From a virus: a DNA stretch of 64,000 nt. Both the position numbers and the translations under genes were made by a program. The notes beneath the pieces were generated by a model. It had not been told where the DNA came from. It saw only the letters and a program-made list of their open reading frames with translations, and made no database searches. How positions within the stretch are numbered: position 1 is the first letter of the stretch; each line of letters starts with the position of its first letter. This document shows, piece by piece, positions 9,575 to 19,832 of this stretch. The DNA is taken from the IMG/VR virus record IMGVR_UViG_3300013306_000002, positions 18,647 through 82,646 of that record; one strand, given 5' to 3'.

Positions 9575-10195
9575 ATGACCGATAAATCACTTTTCGACCG
9601 AGTGCATGCCGCCGCGCTGGCGGAGCTCTGCGGCTACGCTGGCGTTGTCGAGGCGTCGCTCCGCGAGGGATCTCCGATCTTCAAGCACGCCATACGCATT
9701 GCCAGCGCGGCATCGGTGAAACCGGTGGAACCGGGCCACCCGACGGACGCGGAGACCATCGTGCGCGCAATCGATCGGATGGGCGACAAGATCGTCGCCT
9801 ATTACATGAGGAACCTCGACCTCATGGAGCGGATGTACGCGCGCCAGTTGAGCGGCGGCCCCACGCTCGAGTTGGCCGAGCAAGACGAACACAGCATCAC
9901 CTACCATGTAGGAGGCATCGTCCGCGACGAGGGCGAGAACGCAGGCGTTCTGGCGGTGACCGCCAACACCGACCCCAGCCCAAACTTCCCCGAGTCGGTC
10001 CGCATCGTCATCGGCGCACCCAAGAGGAGTCCACTGATGGCAGGCCGCATCCCGAAGATCGACACATTCGCCATGAGCGTGGAGACGGCCGAGCAGTGGG
10101 TTGCCACCGTCCAGCAGGCGATCCGGGACGTGAGGGCGGCGAAGACCATCCAACCGCCGAAGGGAGGGCACCATGCCGACCCGCAAGATCGCTGA
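9575..10195 (+). CDS. Hypothetical protein
   Basis: GGAGG RBS; GC3-rich coding. Confidence 0.6.
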   Translation: MTDKSLFDRVHAAALAELCGYAGVVEASLREGSPIFKHAIRIASAASVKPVEPGHPTDAETIVRAIDRMGDKIVAYYMRNLDLMERMYARQLSGGPTLELAEQDEHSITYHVGGIVRDEGENAGVLAVTANTDPSPNFPESVRIVIGAPKRSPLMAGRIPKIDTFAMSVETAEQWVATVQQAIRDVRAAKTIQPPKGGHHADPQDR

Positions 10196-10406
10196 CCACC
10201 TATCCCCGCCCACCACCACGCGAGGTCGCAAGCCAGATCCGAACTCGGCATCCGCGAAGGCGGCGCGGTGGGCTGAAGCCAACAACGCCAGTTACAAGGA
10301 GGCCGGCGAGAAGTTCAACATCACCGCTCAGGCCGTCCAAATCGCATGGAGCAAACAACACCCCGGGCAGCGCCGCTGGGGGCGCTGTGGCAAGAGGGCC
10401 TCGTGA
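10173..10406 (+). CDS. Small helix-turn-helix DNA-binding protein
   Basis: SYKEAGEKFNITAQAVQ HTH. Confidence 0.7.
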   Translation: MPTRKIADHLSPPTTTRGRKPDPNSASAKAARWAEANNASYKEAGEKFNITAQAVQIAWSKQHPGQRRWGRCGKRAS

Positions 10407-10806
10407 ACCGCCGCTACGGGGCCAGCAACCCGTCGAGGAAGCGGTGAGGCTGGGAGGCCTCGTTCACCCTCACTGAGGGCCCACACGCTGGGCAGCCTCA
10501 CGTCGTCGTCCACGAGGCGGTGCGCGGCCCGTGGTCCGAGATCCAGCGACGGTTCATATACCGCATCCAACTCTGCTACTGCGGCTCGGGGCGCTGGTAC
10601 GTGCCCACGTGGCATGACGTGGGCATCGTGTCCGACCAAGTCCCCGACAGCCTGCGTCTCCAGAGAGCCCGCTTCCTGTTGTCGGAGGTGACCGCTGATC
10701 CGGACGGATGGAAGCGCATCACCGTTGGGCGCGACGGCCAGTGTCGCCAAGTGATCGTGGGCCATATCAGTCAGGACGAGGCGCAACCAACAAAGGAGAA
10801 AGTCTG

Positions 10807-11061
10807 ATGCTGTCCACTCGACCACCACGTTCTGTGAAGCCCAACACCCGCTGGCGTAGCGCTCGCCGGCGCAGCCACGAGAAATCGGCCCGCCGGATCC
10901 GGCGCGAGCACGCCGACTACCTGAAGGTCATGGCGGACCTCGCCACGGCCACCGCTGATGACCGCGAGGCGATCGGGCTTCCGTCGCCGACGATCGTGCC
11001 GGATTCCCATTACGGGACAGGAACTGGACCGCGCGCCCAACAGGCGAAGCGCGACAAGTGA
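10807..11061 (+). CDS. Small basic hypothetical protein
   Basis: AAGGAG RBS, TGATG coupling. Confidence 0.5.
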   Translation: MLSTRPPRSVKPNTRWRSARRRSHEKSARRIRREHADYLKVMADLATATADDREAIGLPSPTIVPDSHYGTGTGPRAQQAKRDK

Positions 11062-11091
11062 TACCTTCTTCGCGATTGAAAGGAGTTTGAT

Positions 11092-12318
11092 ATGGGACAG
11101 AAGACCGACCGCATCAGGGAACTCGAGACCGAGAACGCCGCCGCCCGTCATCTGCTGCGCAGCATCGGTGACACGATGGGCATCAGCCCGGCACCGCCGA
11201 CCACCATCGCCGACGCACTGGAATGGCATCAGCGGTTCCTGGAATCACTTCGGAGCAAGATGATCGCCCCGATCGACGCGGGCAAGCCGGCCTCCGACAT
11301 CCCCCCCATCCCCTCCCCGCGGCGTCGCATCAGGCCGGTCCCTGGCTCGTGGGACACGTTCGACGAGCATGTCGACGACCAGATCGAGCGCATGGAGGCG
11401 CAGGGGCTCACCAAACCACGCGAGGACGGCGGTGGCAGCGCGCTGGTCCGCCGAGATTCTGGAGACTCGCCGTTCCCGGCCGATGGTCCGTTCGCGACTG
11501 ACTCGACGGTCACGTCGATCGCCCAGGAACTCGGACTCAATCTCGACGGCATGGCGCTCGGCGAGGCGCTTGGCGCCATCCACGAAGAGATTGTTCGGGT
11601 CAAGAACCAGGGCGCCGACGTCGAGGCCGAGTCTGGCAGCAAGTACCTGTCCACTGGCAAGTCGCTGGGCCAAGCGATCGCCCACGACCATGCCCAGGCA
11701 GCCGAGCTCCGCGACGCCACCACCCAGGCTCGCACCATCGTCGCCCGACTTGCCGCTGTCATGCAGATCGGCCAGTGGGACAAGGACGGAACCGAGTTAC
11801 TGGAGCGCGCCCAGAAGTGGGAGATGTGGAAGTTCGATCTCATGAAGCGGATCCGCGAGCTCCGGGCGAAGCGCCCCGGCGCTGTGATGTCCATCGACGA
11901 GGGCGATCTCGCGGGTCGCATTGGCGAGGAACTCCAGCGCCAACTCGACCGACTCCTGACACCCCGGGAACTACAAAACTGGCTCAAGTCCCTCGAGAAG
12001 GCCGGCGCCGCAGTGAAAGTGGACGCCGGTCCGCCGGTGCCGCCCTACCCGTTCGAATTCCGGGGCGCGGACGTCGTCATGGTGCTTTCGGGGCTGGAGC
12101 ACAGGAAGGCCAGCGGTCTCGTCGAGGAACTCGGTACGGTCGCGGAGATCGGCGGGCGGCGGAGCGATGCCATGGTCGAAGTCTTCCGTGACATCGCCGT
12201 CTCCCGCGTCGCCACCGAGGAGTTCACCCGCACCATGAACCTGGTCATCCTGCCTATCCTGGCCCGCCAGCGAGCCGCTCAAAGGGTGCGCGAAGATGTC
12301 AGCCGACCCACCGAGTAG
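11092..12318 (+). CDS. Hypothetical helical/coiled-coil protein
   Basis: AAGGAG RBS; 408-aa ORF. Confidence 0.7.
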   Translation: MGQKTDRIRELETENAAARHLLRSIGDTMGISPAPPTTIADALEWHQRFLESLRSKMIAPIDAGKPASDIPPIPSPRRRIRPVPGSWDTFDEHVDDQIERMEAQGLTKPREDGGGSALVRRDSGDSPFPADGPFATDSTVTSIAQELGLNLDGMALGEALGAIHEEIVRVKNQGADVEAESGSKYLSTGKSLGQAIAHDHAQAAELRDATTQARTIVARLAAVMQIGQWDKDGTELLERAQKWEMWKFDLMKRIRELRAKRPGAVMSIDEGDLAGRIGEELQRQLDRLLTPRELQNWLKSLEKAGAAVKVDAGPPVPPYPFEFRGADVVMVLSGLEHRKASGLVEELGTVAEIGGRRSDAMVEVFRDIAVSRVATEEFTRTMNLVILPILARQRAAQRVREDVSRPTE

Positions 12319-12594
12319 CGGCCTGCCGACCCCATCGATGTCGGCCACCATCGTGTTCGACCTGGATGGCGCACCCGGTCGCGTGGTGATCGGTTGCCAG
12401 GATCCGAAGGCCCGGAAACCAAAGGAACCACGCCGCCGTTGCCACTGCACGACCTGTGGCCGGCCGGGACACAACAGTCGCAGCCCCGAGTGTCCCGGCA
12501 AGGTCGCATCCGGATCCGGTTAGCGTTCCGCTGTCAATACCCACTTGACGGATCGATCTCCTACATGCAACTTGAGCATCAAGGAGATCACGCG

Positions 12595-12957
12595 ATGCTG
12601 ACCAGCCATGACCTCAACCACCTACGGACCCTCGCCGCCCCGGTGAATCAGCCACAGACCAGCGGTTCGACGCTGGGCCCGAAGGGCGCCGCCTGCGCGC
12701 TCTCCGGCGTCGTTCGGCTGGTGGCCACCAAGCACGGCCTGGGGACGATGCAGCGCTCCTGCGCGAAGCTGGCGCTTCTGGGGACCCCTGTGGGGCCAGC
12801 GCCCGGAGAGGCAACCGGCGAGGCCACCGAACTCTTGGCGGCGGCGGCCGATGGGCTGGCAGTGGTCGCCGGCCGCGAAAACGCGCGCGCCGCGCTGGCG
12901 TTCTGGGCCTGCGAGACCGACCCCGCGGTGTGGCGGGATGTTGCGGCGGCAGCCTGA
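12595..12957 (+). CDS. Hypothetical helical protein
   Basis: TTGACG -35-like element at 12545, AAGGAG RBS, ATG. Confidence 0.6.
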   Translation: MLTSHDLNHLRTLAAPVNQPQTSGSTLGPKGAACALSGVVRLVATKHGLGTMQRSCAKLALLGTPVGPAPGEATGEATELLAAAADGLAVVAGRENARAALAFWACETDPAVWRDVAAAA

Positions 12958-13130
12958 GGCACGCCGCCGGCCAGTCCCGCGAACCAGGGCTCGCGACGTC
13001 AGGATACCGGGTTCGACCTGAAGTAGCGTGTGCGACGTGCCCTCCGGGTATGTGACCGTCTGGCCGATCGCCATCTCCTGCCCGCTGCGGGCGTCGATGA
13101 TCTTCATCGACATCAGTTTATACTGGATGG

Positions 13131-13820
13131 ATGAATTCAGACCCCAAGGAATGCTGCATTCTGGTTCCATCTCGAGGCCGGATCGATCCGGCGTGCGAGA
13201 TCGGACTGAAGACACTAGCCCAGCGCGGTTACCAGTTGCGCATCATGTCCGGGCCGTGGTCGATTGATCAGATACGAAGCCAGATGGCCACCGACGCACT
13301 GGCAGACGGCTTCCGAGAACTCTTCTGGATCGACGACGATGTCGTCTTCAACCCCGACGATGTTGATCGACTGAGGTGCTCCGACCTCCCGGTCATTGGC
13401 GGGGTGTATCCCAAGAAAGGAGAACGAGAGCTCGCCGTCCGGTGGAAGCCGAGTACCACATCCGTGGTGCTCGGCGAGGGCGGCGGAATCTTCGAGATCC
13501 AGTATGCGGCCACGGGATTCTTGCTGACCCGCGCCATCGTATACAGTACCCTCGCCGAGAAGCTCCTGGTGGATCCAAACGTCATCGGTCACTTCGGGCG
13601 TCGGATGGCACCGTACTTCCAACCGATGACCGTTCGGGACGGCGACATCGAGCGATACCTTGCGGAAGACTGGTCGTTCTGCCACCGCCTCGCTCAGGCT
13701 GGAATCCCGATCCATGTCGACACCAGACCGCGACTCCTTCACGTCGGTCGCTACGCCTACTCATGGGAGGATCTGATCCCGCGAGAGCCGATGGCTTCGC
13801 TCACCGTCCGGATCGATTGA
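13131..13820 (+). CDS. Glycosyltransferase (GT2/GT-A fold, phage type)
   Basis: LFWIDDD (DxD), VIGGVYPKK, ATGFLL, AEDWSFC, LLHVG. Confidence 0.88.
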   Translation: MNSDPKECCILVPSRGRIDPACEIGLKTLAQRGYQLRIMSGPWSIDQIRSQMATDALADGFRELFWIDDDVVFNPDDVDRLRCSDLPVIGGVYPKKGERELAVRWKPSTTSVVLGEGGGIFEIQYAATGFLLTRAIVYSTLAEKLLVDPNVIGHFGRRMAPYFQPMTVRDGDIERYLAEDWSFCHRLAQAGIPIHVDTRPRLLHVGRYAYSWEDLIPREPMASLTVRID

Positions 13821-13928
13821 ACGTAAGGTGGCCATTGCCGACGGGGGGTTCGGACGTCACTCCCCTCCCGAGGCCGAGCGGCCATGCGCGGACATTCCAC
13901 TGCCCTTATTGGGGCAATCGGTAGGCGT

Positions 13929-14285
13929 TCAATCGTGGAACGAGACGTACATCTCGAGGGAGTTCGCCGTGGCCGAGCCGCTCGTGTTATGCAGACTGAT
14001 GCGGAAGTCAGCAACAGTCGAACCTGTTTTGCTGTTGTCGATGCCGCCCGACCCAGTGTTTTGGGTCTCGATATGCACCGAATCGGCCAGGGTCACCTCA
14101 GACCCTGGGTTGCCGTACGTGTACACGCTGGGCTGGAACGCGACAGGGAGCCTCACGTCGGGCGGGGTGCCCGTGGCGCCCGCCAAACCGATGGTCCCGG
14201 TCGCGCTGCCAGCCAGCGACAGCCCCGTAATCCGGACGATACGGTCGGAGATCTGCTTGATGGTGGCGGAGCCGGTGAATGCCAT
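13929..14285 (-). CDS. Small beta-rich putative virion protein
   Basis: MAFTGSATIKQISDRIVRITG..., Thr/Gly/Ser-rich. Confidence 0.6.
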   Translation of the reverse strand: MAFTGSATIKQISDRIVRITGLSLAGSATGTIGLAGATGTPPDVRLPVAFQPSVYTYGNPGSEVTLADSVHIETQNTGSGGIDNSKTGSTVADFRISLHNTSGSATANSLEMYVSFHD

Positions 14286-14329
14286 GGGCCTCACCGTACT
14301 ACCCCTGGGAGGGGAGTTCAAGGGTGCTC

Positions 14330-14384
14330 TGTCCGACCCCGGAACGGTTCACGCCGTTCCGGGGCTTGGTTCGGGCGTCGGACA
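14330..14384. other. Nested intergenic stem-loop
   Basis: CCCCGGAACGG-ttcacg-CCGTTCCGGGG inside outer TGTCCGAC...GTCGGACA. Confidence 0.55.
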
Positions 14385-14448
14385 CGCCGTGGTTCGGATC
14401 GTGGTCCGCGAAGACCACGTCGCCGATCGTGCCGCGTGAACGGCTGGA

Positions 14449-15279
14449 CTACCCCGCCCGCTCCGCCTCTGCCTGCTTCCTGGCGTGCGCGACATCCGCA
14501 TCGCTGGGGCCGCCGCCCAGATCGCCCGCGACCTCCGGCAGATCGGCGTCCGTGATGGCGTCGTCCGGCAGGGCTTCGCCATCCTCGAGCGTGGCTACCT
14601 TGAGCGGCGACGGGAGCGGCCTGGGCGGCGTGGGCGATGGCGCACCCAACCTGACCACCACCGGCCTGTTCGACACGGTGCGGTCGGGCGGCGGCGGCAC
14701 GACGCGCGGTGCGGACTGGCGTACCGTCACGTCCATCGGGATGCGGCGCCTCTGCTGAATGACCTGCGCGACTGCGGCGGTGGCGGCCGCGTGAGCGGAG
14801 GCCACCGCTGGCGCCAAGGATCGGCACTCGACGGCGTCGCCCTTGTGGACCCGGGCTGGCACCGGTTGGGCATGGCCGTTTACCAGCAGCTGGTGACCAC
14901 CCGGGATCGAGTTGACCACGCCATCGCTTTGGATCTGCGTCGGACCAAACGCGGCCGCTACCTGGTAGTCGGTCCCAGCGCTTGCCTCGCGCGCGCCGGG
15001 CGGCGCGACCTCCGGGGAGATCGACAAGTCGTCGAACCCAACCGGATCGGCCTCGCTCACGACTGGCATGGGCTCGATCACGGTGCTGCGACTCTTCTTC
15101 GATGCGCTCACGCGGTCACGGGCGACGAGCGCCTGCTGGTACGTCAGTCCCTGGCCGTTGCCGTCATCCCAGACCGTGGGCGGGTCGCCTTCACGGTCAC
15201 GAACGCGGTATCTGGTGCCATCCTCGCGGGGCTGGCGGTTCGATGGGACTGCGGATGCAGATGGTGGGGTGCGCGCCAT
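14449..15279 (-). CDS. Hypothetical Pro/Ala-rich protein
   Basis: 276-aa ORF with a leaderless TAGGAT-N6-ATG start. Confidence 0.6.
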   Translation of the reverse strand: MARTPPSASAVPSNRQPREDGTRYRVRDREGDPPTVWDDGNGQGLTYQQALVARDRVSASKKSRSTVIEPMPVVSEADPVGFDDLSISPEVAPPGAREASAGTDYQVAAAFGPTQIQSDGVVNSIPGGHQLLVNGHAQPVPARVHKGDAVECRSLAPAVASAHAAATAAVAQVIQQRRRIPMDVTVRQSAPRVVPPPPDRTVSNRPVVVRLGAPSPTPPRPLPSPLKVATLEDGEALPDDAITDADLPEVAGDLGGGPSDADVAHARKQAEAERAG

Positions 15280-15322
15280 GGACGAATCCTATCATGGGGC
15301 CGCGTCCATACGGGCTCGCGGG

Positions 15323-16069
15323 TCAGAACACGCTACGTGTGAGCACCCCATCCAGATGCACCCAGACCAGGGGTCGCGGGGCGATGTTTTCCGGCATGAT
15401 TTGAAGCAGGGCGGTCAGCGCTTGAGGGTCGCTGCGCAGGCGCACGGAGTAGTTCTGGCGCACCGGAACGATGACCGGACGAGTGAACGGGTAGACGCTG
15501 GCGGCAGCCAGCCAGACCTTGCGCTCGGCCGTGCGGAGATCGCTGAACTTCGCCCCCTTCATCGCCTTGCGCTCCTCGGCGCCAATGGTGGCGACCTCGA
15601 GATGTCGTCGCCACATCTTCTCGGCGAGTACCGCGATGTCGTCCCTCTCGGGGCCGGGATTGCCGCAAGCGTTGCCGAACATCCGCGACCCCAGGAGCTC
15701 GGCGAGTGGGCGGGTTGCCATTGGCTTGCATCCGATGACCAGTTCAGCGGTCGTCGCGTGCGCCCACGCGTCCCATGCGCGGATGACGTCCATCGACGGT
15801 AGCGCGTCGCCTCGGTAGGGCGCCCCGCTCTGGAACCGGCACACGTCGGTGACGTTGGTGCGCGCGTACCAAGTCAGGATGACGTAGGTCTGGTCGTACT
15901 CCAGTTGGCCACCCTGCTGCAGGTTGGTCAGCGCTGCGTTTCCGACGTTCCGGTTGTCGAACAGCCGGATCGTGGGGCTCTGGGGACCGCCGCCCCACAT
16001 GTCCTTCGGTGAGAACGCGTCGTACAGGGTGGAGTCGATGCGCTCAGGGTACCCAGGTAGGCGTGGCAT
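15323..16069 (-). CDS. Putative jelly-roll capsid-protein homolog
   Basis: LFDNRNVGNAALTNLQQGGQL.YDQTYVI...IVPVRQNYSV...HLDGVLTR pattern recalled from capsid-like proteins of tailless viruses (unverified). Confidence 0.45.
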   Translation of the reverse strand: MPRLPGYPERIDSTLYDAFSPKDMWGGGPQSPTIRLFDNRNVGNAALTNLQQGGQLEYDQTYVILTWYARTNVTDVCRFQSGAPYRGDALPSMDVIRAWDAWAHATTAELVIGCKPMATRPLAELLGSRMFGNACGNPGPERDDIAVLAEKMWRRHLEVATIGAEERKAMKGAKFSDLRTAERKVWLAAASVYPFTRPVIVPVRQNYSVRLRSDPQALTALLQIMPENIAPRPLVWVHLDGVLTRSVF

Positions 16070-16120
16070 GCGCTGATCATAACCCTAAACTGGGCGGGAC
16101 CCATGGTTAGAAGTCCGTCC

Positions 16121-16465
16121 CTAGACCCCGGTGCCGATATCGGTCGCCCCCCGCTTGAAGATCCATTTCCAGACCACGGTCGCCAGCGGGATCGACAGTG
16201 TGGCCAATATCTGGAGGAGCTTCATTGTGTCGCCCCGCTTCATTTCGGCCACACCGGCCTGGAGTTGTCCCAGGACGTTGGCTTGCCACTGTAACGTCGC
16301 TGGGTCCGGCCCTGGCGCTGGGAGGGTCGGCACGGTGATGGAGGTGGCGCCAGTTGTGTCATCCCCCAGTGACCCCAGCGCGCCAAACGCGACGCGCGGC
16401 CTCCATGTGACCGGGAACGTGGTCGAGACCCCGGAGAGCGCCCGTTGCTGCTTGCGGAAGTACAT
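16121..16465 (-). CDS. Small virion membrane protein
   Basis: C-terminal TM (LLQILATLSIPLATVVWKWIF) followed by KR; AGGAG RBS. Confidence 0.65.
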   Translation of the reverse strand: MYFRKQQRALSGVSTTFPVTWRPRVAFGALGSLGDDTTGATSITVPTLPAPGPDPATLQWQANVLGQLQAGVAEMKRGDTMKLLQILATLSIPLATVVWKWIFKRGATDIGTGV

Positions 16466-16475
16466 TCACGTTCTC

Positions 16476-17114
16476 CTAGTTGGCGAACACGCCCAGGTTC
16501 GCGGTGCCGATCGCGTCATCGATCGCCAGATCCGAACCATCGGTGGCCGGCGGGGACTGGTGGGGCTGGTTGGTGGGCGGCATGGGGCCCACCTTCATGG
16601 AGTTCGGTCCCTGCTGACCGCTGTACCTGCCCGCGTCGTAGGAATCATTGTAGGTGAATTCATTCGGGTCCTCGTTGGTCGGTTGCAGGTGCAACTGGGC
16701 CAGTTGCTGATCTGGTGCGGTGAGCGCGCTCTGGGCGGCGCCCGCCGCGAGCTCGGGTGTCGCGTCCGACACGATCCACCCCAAGAGGTTCGGGGCGTAG
16801 ATCTGGAGCAGCGACTGCCCGGCCGCGATCGCCGAGCCGACCACGATTGGGGTGTGCCACTTCTCAAGCAACCTCCACTTGTGGGCCAAAAACCACGCCG
16901 CCAGAAACGACCCGACCGAGGCGACCGCGCCGGCGTGCTTGCCCCAGGATGGGGCTCGCTGCGCGACCTGGGTCATGGCGACGCGCGTCACGAAGCGGGT
17001 GGCAGCGAACCCCCCGAACCCCGGCACCACGAACTCCACGAGGTCCGAAAGCAGTGGCGGGTTCGCCTTGAAGGTCTTCTTGACGTACCGGCGGTGCAGT
17101 CGGGATCTCGCCAT
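16476..17114 (-). CDS. Putative virion membrane protein
   Basis: Basic N-terminus MARSRLHRRY..ANP, three hydrophobic helices, GGAG RBS. Confidence 0.65.
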   Translation of the reverse strand: MARSRLHRRYVKKTFKANPPLLSDLVEFVVPGFGGFAATRFVTRVAMTQVAQRAPSWGKHAGAVASVGSFLAAWFLAHKWRLLEKWHTPIVVGSAIAAGQSLLQIYAPNLLGWIVSDATPELAAGAAQSALTAPDQQLAQLHLQPTNEDPNEFTYNDSYDAGRYSGQQGPNSMKVGPMPPTNQPHQSPPATDGSDLAIDDAIGTANLGVFAN

Positions 17115-17181
17115 TGTTGCTCCGTGGCGCGGGCCCGGAAGAACGCGCCTTCGGTAGCAGGGTACCCGGGCGCCCTCCGAA

Positions 17182-17487
17182 CTACAAGGGTCGGGTCGCT
17201 TTGGGGGCCGGCGGCGGGTTTGCCTGGAGCCACTCGCCGAGTTGACGATGCAGCAGTTCGACCTGTTCGCGGCCGAGGTTGAACCCTCCGTCGACCAGCG
17301 CTCGGGCGCCGATGACGAGATCGTACGGCTTGATCCGCAGGCCGAGGCTGACAGGGATTGCGCCGTCCATCTCGGCCGGGAAGTGGAACAACTCGAACGC
17401 GAGATGGTCGGGTCCACAGCCGCGGCTGTCGAACCAGAGTGTGGGCACGGTCTCGCCGATGACGCCGCGTTTCGTGTAGTCAGACAT
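17182..17487 (-). CDS. Hypothetical protein
   Basis: ORF in a coupled minus-strand operon. Confidence 0.5.
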   Translation of the reverse strand: MSDYTKRGVIGETVPTLWFDSRGCGPDHLAFELFHFPAEMDGAIPVSLGLRIKPYDLVIGARALVDGGFNLGREQVELLHRQLGEWLQANPPPAPKATRPL

Positions 17488-17800
17488 GGTTCCCTTTCGT
17501 TGCTCGAGATGGGGGGCCTGAAATTGACAGACCGAGCGACACGCTCACCGATGAAGGCGTCGCGATGTCGGCATAGCGCGACATGAACTCGCGACCGTTG
17601 ACACCGAGCGCGTCGCACGCCTCGTTGATGTCCGACTTAGTCAGCATCGCGTCGGCACCGCGCGAGTACCGACCACCTCCGCGATCTGGGCGGATGTGGA
17701 TCTTGCTTCTCAGCGTCGGATGTTCGTCGAGCATCTTGGCTTCGTGCGGGTCGAAGGTGATGTGGTAGCGGATGACAGTCTCTGCACGGTGGATTTTCAT
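17480..17800 (-). CDS. Hypothetical protein
   Basis: ORF in a coupled operon. Confidence 0.45.
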   Translation of the reverse strand: MKIHRAETVIRYHITFDPHEAKMLDEHPTLRSKIHIRPDRGGGRYSRGADAMLTKSDINEACDALGVNGREFMSRYADIATPSSVSVSLGLSISGPPSRATKGNHV

Positions 17801-18002
17801 GGTTACTTGAGCCTGGGACTCGGATCGATCTGCAGACGCGCACGCGCCACCCACCGAGCGCCGACCTGCGGATCCTCGGCATGATCAAGCACCTCGTCAT
17901 CGCTGACCTGGTAGGTGTCGAGGACTGTCGGCTCTGGTTCCGTGGGACCTTCCACGAGCATTCGGATCACCCGGAGTCGAGCTATTCTCTGGCGTTTGGT
18001 CA

Positions 18003-18419
18003 TCATCGCGCTCCTCCGGTTCGATGGCGAGCGCCGCTAGCCGGACGCTGAATACTGCCCGTGTTGCGGATCTCGGCGATGAGACGAGCTCGAGCTGCCG
18101 TCGCCATGAGGTCTCCCCAGTGCTCGCAGATCCAGTCGGTAGCGACCTCCATATCTCGGGCGCGACACCATCCCATCATGGCCCCTATTAGCCCGCCGAT
18201 GGCGCCGCACCATTCGGGGTCCGGACTGGGAATTGCGGACAGGTGGCCATGATCTGCAAAAGGCCTTCCGAACAGCACATCCTGAAGGCTGCGGAGATGC
18301 TCCAGTGCGGCATCTGGGTCGGCGCCCGCCTGCACGGCGCCGCACAACGCGCCGCTAATGACCTTGCAGATCTCACGACTGGTCAGCGGGCGAGTTTCGC
18401 GGGAATCGAGCGTCGCCAT
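18003..18419 (-). CDS. Hypothetical helical protein
   Basis: ATG just after the upstream stop; weak similarity to 12595..12957. Confidence 0.5.
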   Translation of the reverse strand: MATLDSRETRPLTSREICKVISGALCGAVQAGADPDAALEHLRSLQDVLFGRPFADHGHLSAIPSPDPEWCGAIGGLIGAMMGWCRARDMEVATDWICEHWGDLMATAARARLIAEIRNTGSIQRPASGARHRTGGAR

Positions 18420-18424
18420 GCTAC

Positions 18425-18832
18425 TCACATGTCCGGGCACTTGCACACGATTGCGCCGGTGGATGGGTTCCGATGGCAGCCGTGCTCGCCGTAGTCCGGA
18501 TCGGCGTATTCCAGGATGATCTCGGCGTCGGCGTCGAGTCGCTTGCCGAAGGCGGCGCCAGAGCGGTCGATTGACCCGTCCTCCCGCTTGGTACCGGCAA
18601 AGAACGTCCCGATCGACCCGCACCCGAACACGCCGCGCTCCGTGCGGAGCAGTGTGCCTGAATGCGTTGGGTAGCTCTCGCCGCCCCCGCCGACCTTGGA
18701 CGTCCATTCCCTCCACGTGAGATTGATCGGGTGCCACGTGAACTTGGCATCGCCGCCACTCCCCTTCTTGAGCAGATCCGCCGCGTCTTTGAGCAACTGT
18801 TCGTTTCCATTCGCCTTGATCACCTTCATCAC
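18425..18832 (-). CDS. Hypothetical protein
   Basis: AAGGAG RBS, GTG start. Confidence 0.6.
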   Translation of the reverse strand: MMKVIKANGNEQLLKDAADLLKKGSGGDAKFTWHPINLTWREWTSKVGGGGESYPTHSGTLLRTERGVFGCGSIGTFFAGTKREDGSIDRSGAAFGKRLDADAEIILEYADPDYGEHGCHRNPSTGAIVCKCPDM

Positions 18833-18841
18833 GATCTCCTT

Positions 18842-19804
18842 TCAGTGCATCCTATACGACACGTTGGTCACCCTGCCATCCCAGCAGGCCCTGCATCCTC
18901 CGCACATGTTCACGTCCGCATCGATGGCGTGGCACACGATGGCGCCCTTGCGCTTGACGGGTGGCGGGTCGCCCTTCCTGTGTGTGGTCGATGTTGGTAG
19001 GTGGGCGATCTCGGGAGGCACCTCAGCCGCCTTTCCCACATAGTGCGCCGACAGCCTGACAGCGAGGTTGCTCGGGATCCTTCCACCGGCATGCAGGTAC
19101 GCAACCACATCCTCGTACTCGCGGGTCGGAATCCAGTGGCGGACATCCGGCGTGGCCTCAGCCACCGCGCAGATCGCCGCGAGATGCCACGAACCGTGCA
19201 GATCTCCGCTATCATGCCAGCGGAAAGACGCCTCCCCACCGCTGTCGACGTAGTTCCGAATGAGGCAGATCATCGCCTCCACCCAGTACGGGTGGTGAAT
19301 GCCGGCCTCGCGCCGCTCGCGCGCCACGATGGCTGGCCGCCACGTCCGGTAGAAGTTCTTCTTGGCGTAGCAGCCGTGGCAAGTCGATGCCGGATCATCC
19401 GCGAGTCGCGACCCGACGCGGCAGCGGAAGGCGTCCAGACCGTAGGCCGCGCCCGGCATCTTGCTGGGCTGCCCCAGCGACCCGGCGATGCCCTCGGCAT
19501 CGCGCGGCGACATGCGGGACGCCAAATGGAGTCGGTGGCCGAGAGGGCGGATCGTTGGCCTCGTCTCGAGGCGCACCGGTCGGTCCCCGGGGTATCGCCC
19601 GCCGCCATTGACGGTCTCGCAGGCCGGGACCATGGTCGTGCCATCGCCCAGGTCGACGGGCGAAGCGTGCTTCGAGCGCAGGCGACCGCACCAGATGCAC
19701 TCGGGATCGTCAATGACAGTTGGTGCGTCCACGACCGGCAGGTGGATGCGGCGCCGCGAGATGTTCATGACAACGCCGTCGGGATATGATCGGGCCTGTG
19801 TCAT
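18842..19804 (-). CDS. GP88-like (radical-SAM-like Fe-S) phage protein
   Basis: PSKMPG.AYGL...C......STCHGCYA, FRWHDSGD, HWIPTRE, PSNLAVRLS, CGGCRACWD. Confidence 0.85.
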   Translation of the reverse strand: MTQARSYPDGVVMNISRRRIHLPVVDAPTVIDDPECIWCGRLRSKHASPVDLGDGTTMVPACETVNGGGRYPGDRPVRLETRPTIRPLGHRLHLASRMSPRDAEGIAGSLGQPSKMPGAAYGLDAFRCRVGSRLADDPASTCHGCYAKKNFYRTWRPAIVARERREAGIHHPYWVEAMICLIRNYVDSGGEASFRWHDSGDLHGSWHLAAICAVAEATPDVRHWIPTREYEDVVAYLHAGGRIPSNLAVRLSAHYVGKAAEVPPEIAHLPTSTTHRKGDPPPVKRKGAIVCHAIDADVNMCGGCRACWDGRVTNVSYRMH

Positions 19805-19832
19805 GAACCCCTTGAACCCATTGAACCCATTG
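19804..19832. repeat. 9-bp tandem repeat x3
   Basis: TGAACCCCT TGAACCCAT TGAACCCAT TG at the GP88 start, in a divergent intergenic region. Confidence 0.7.
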
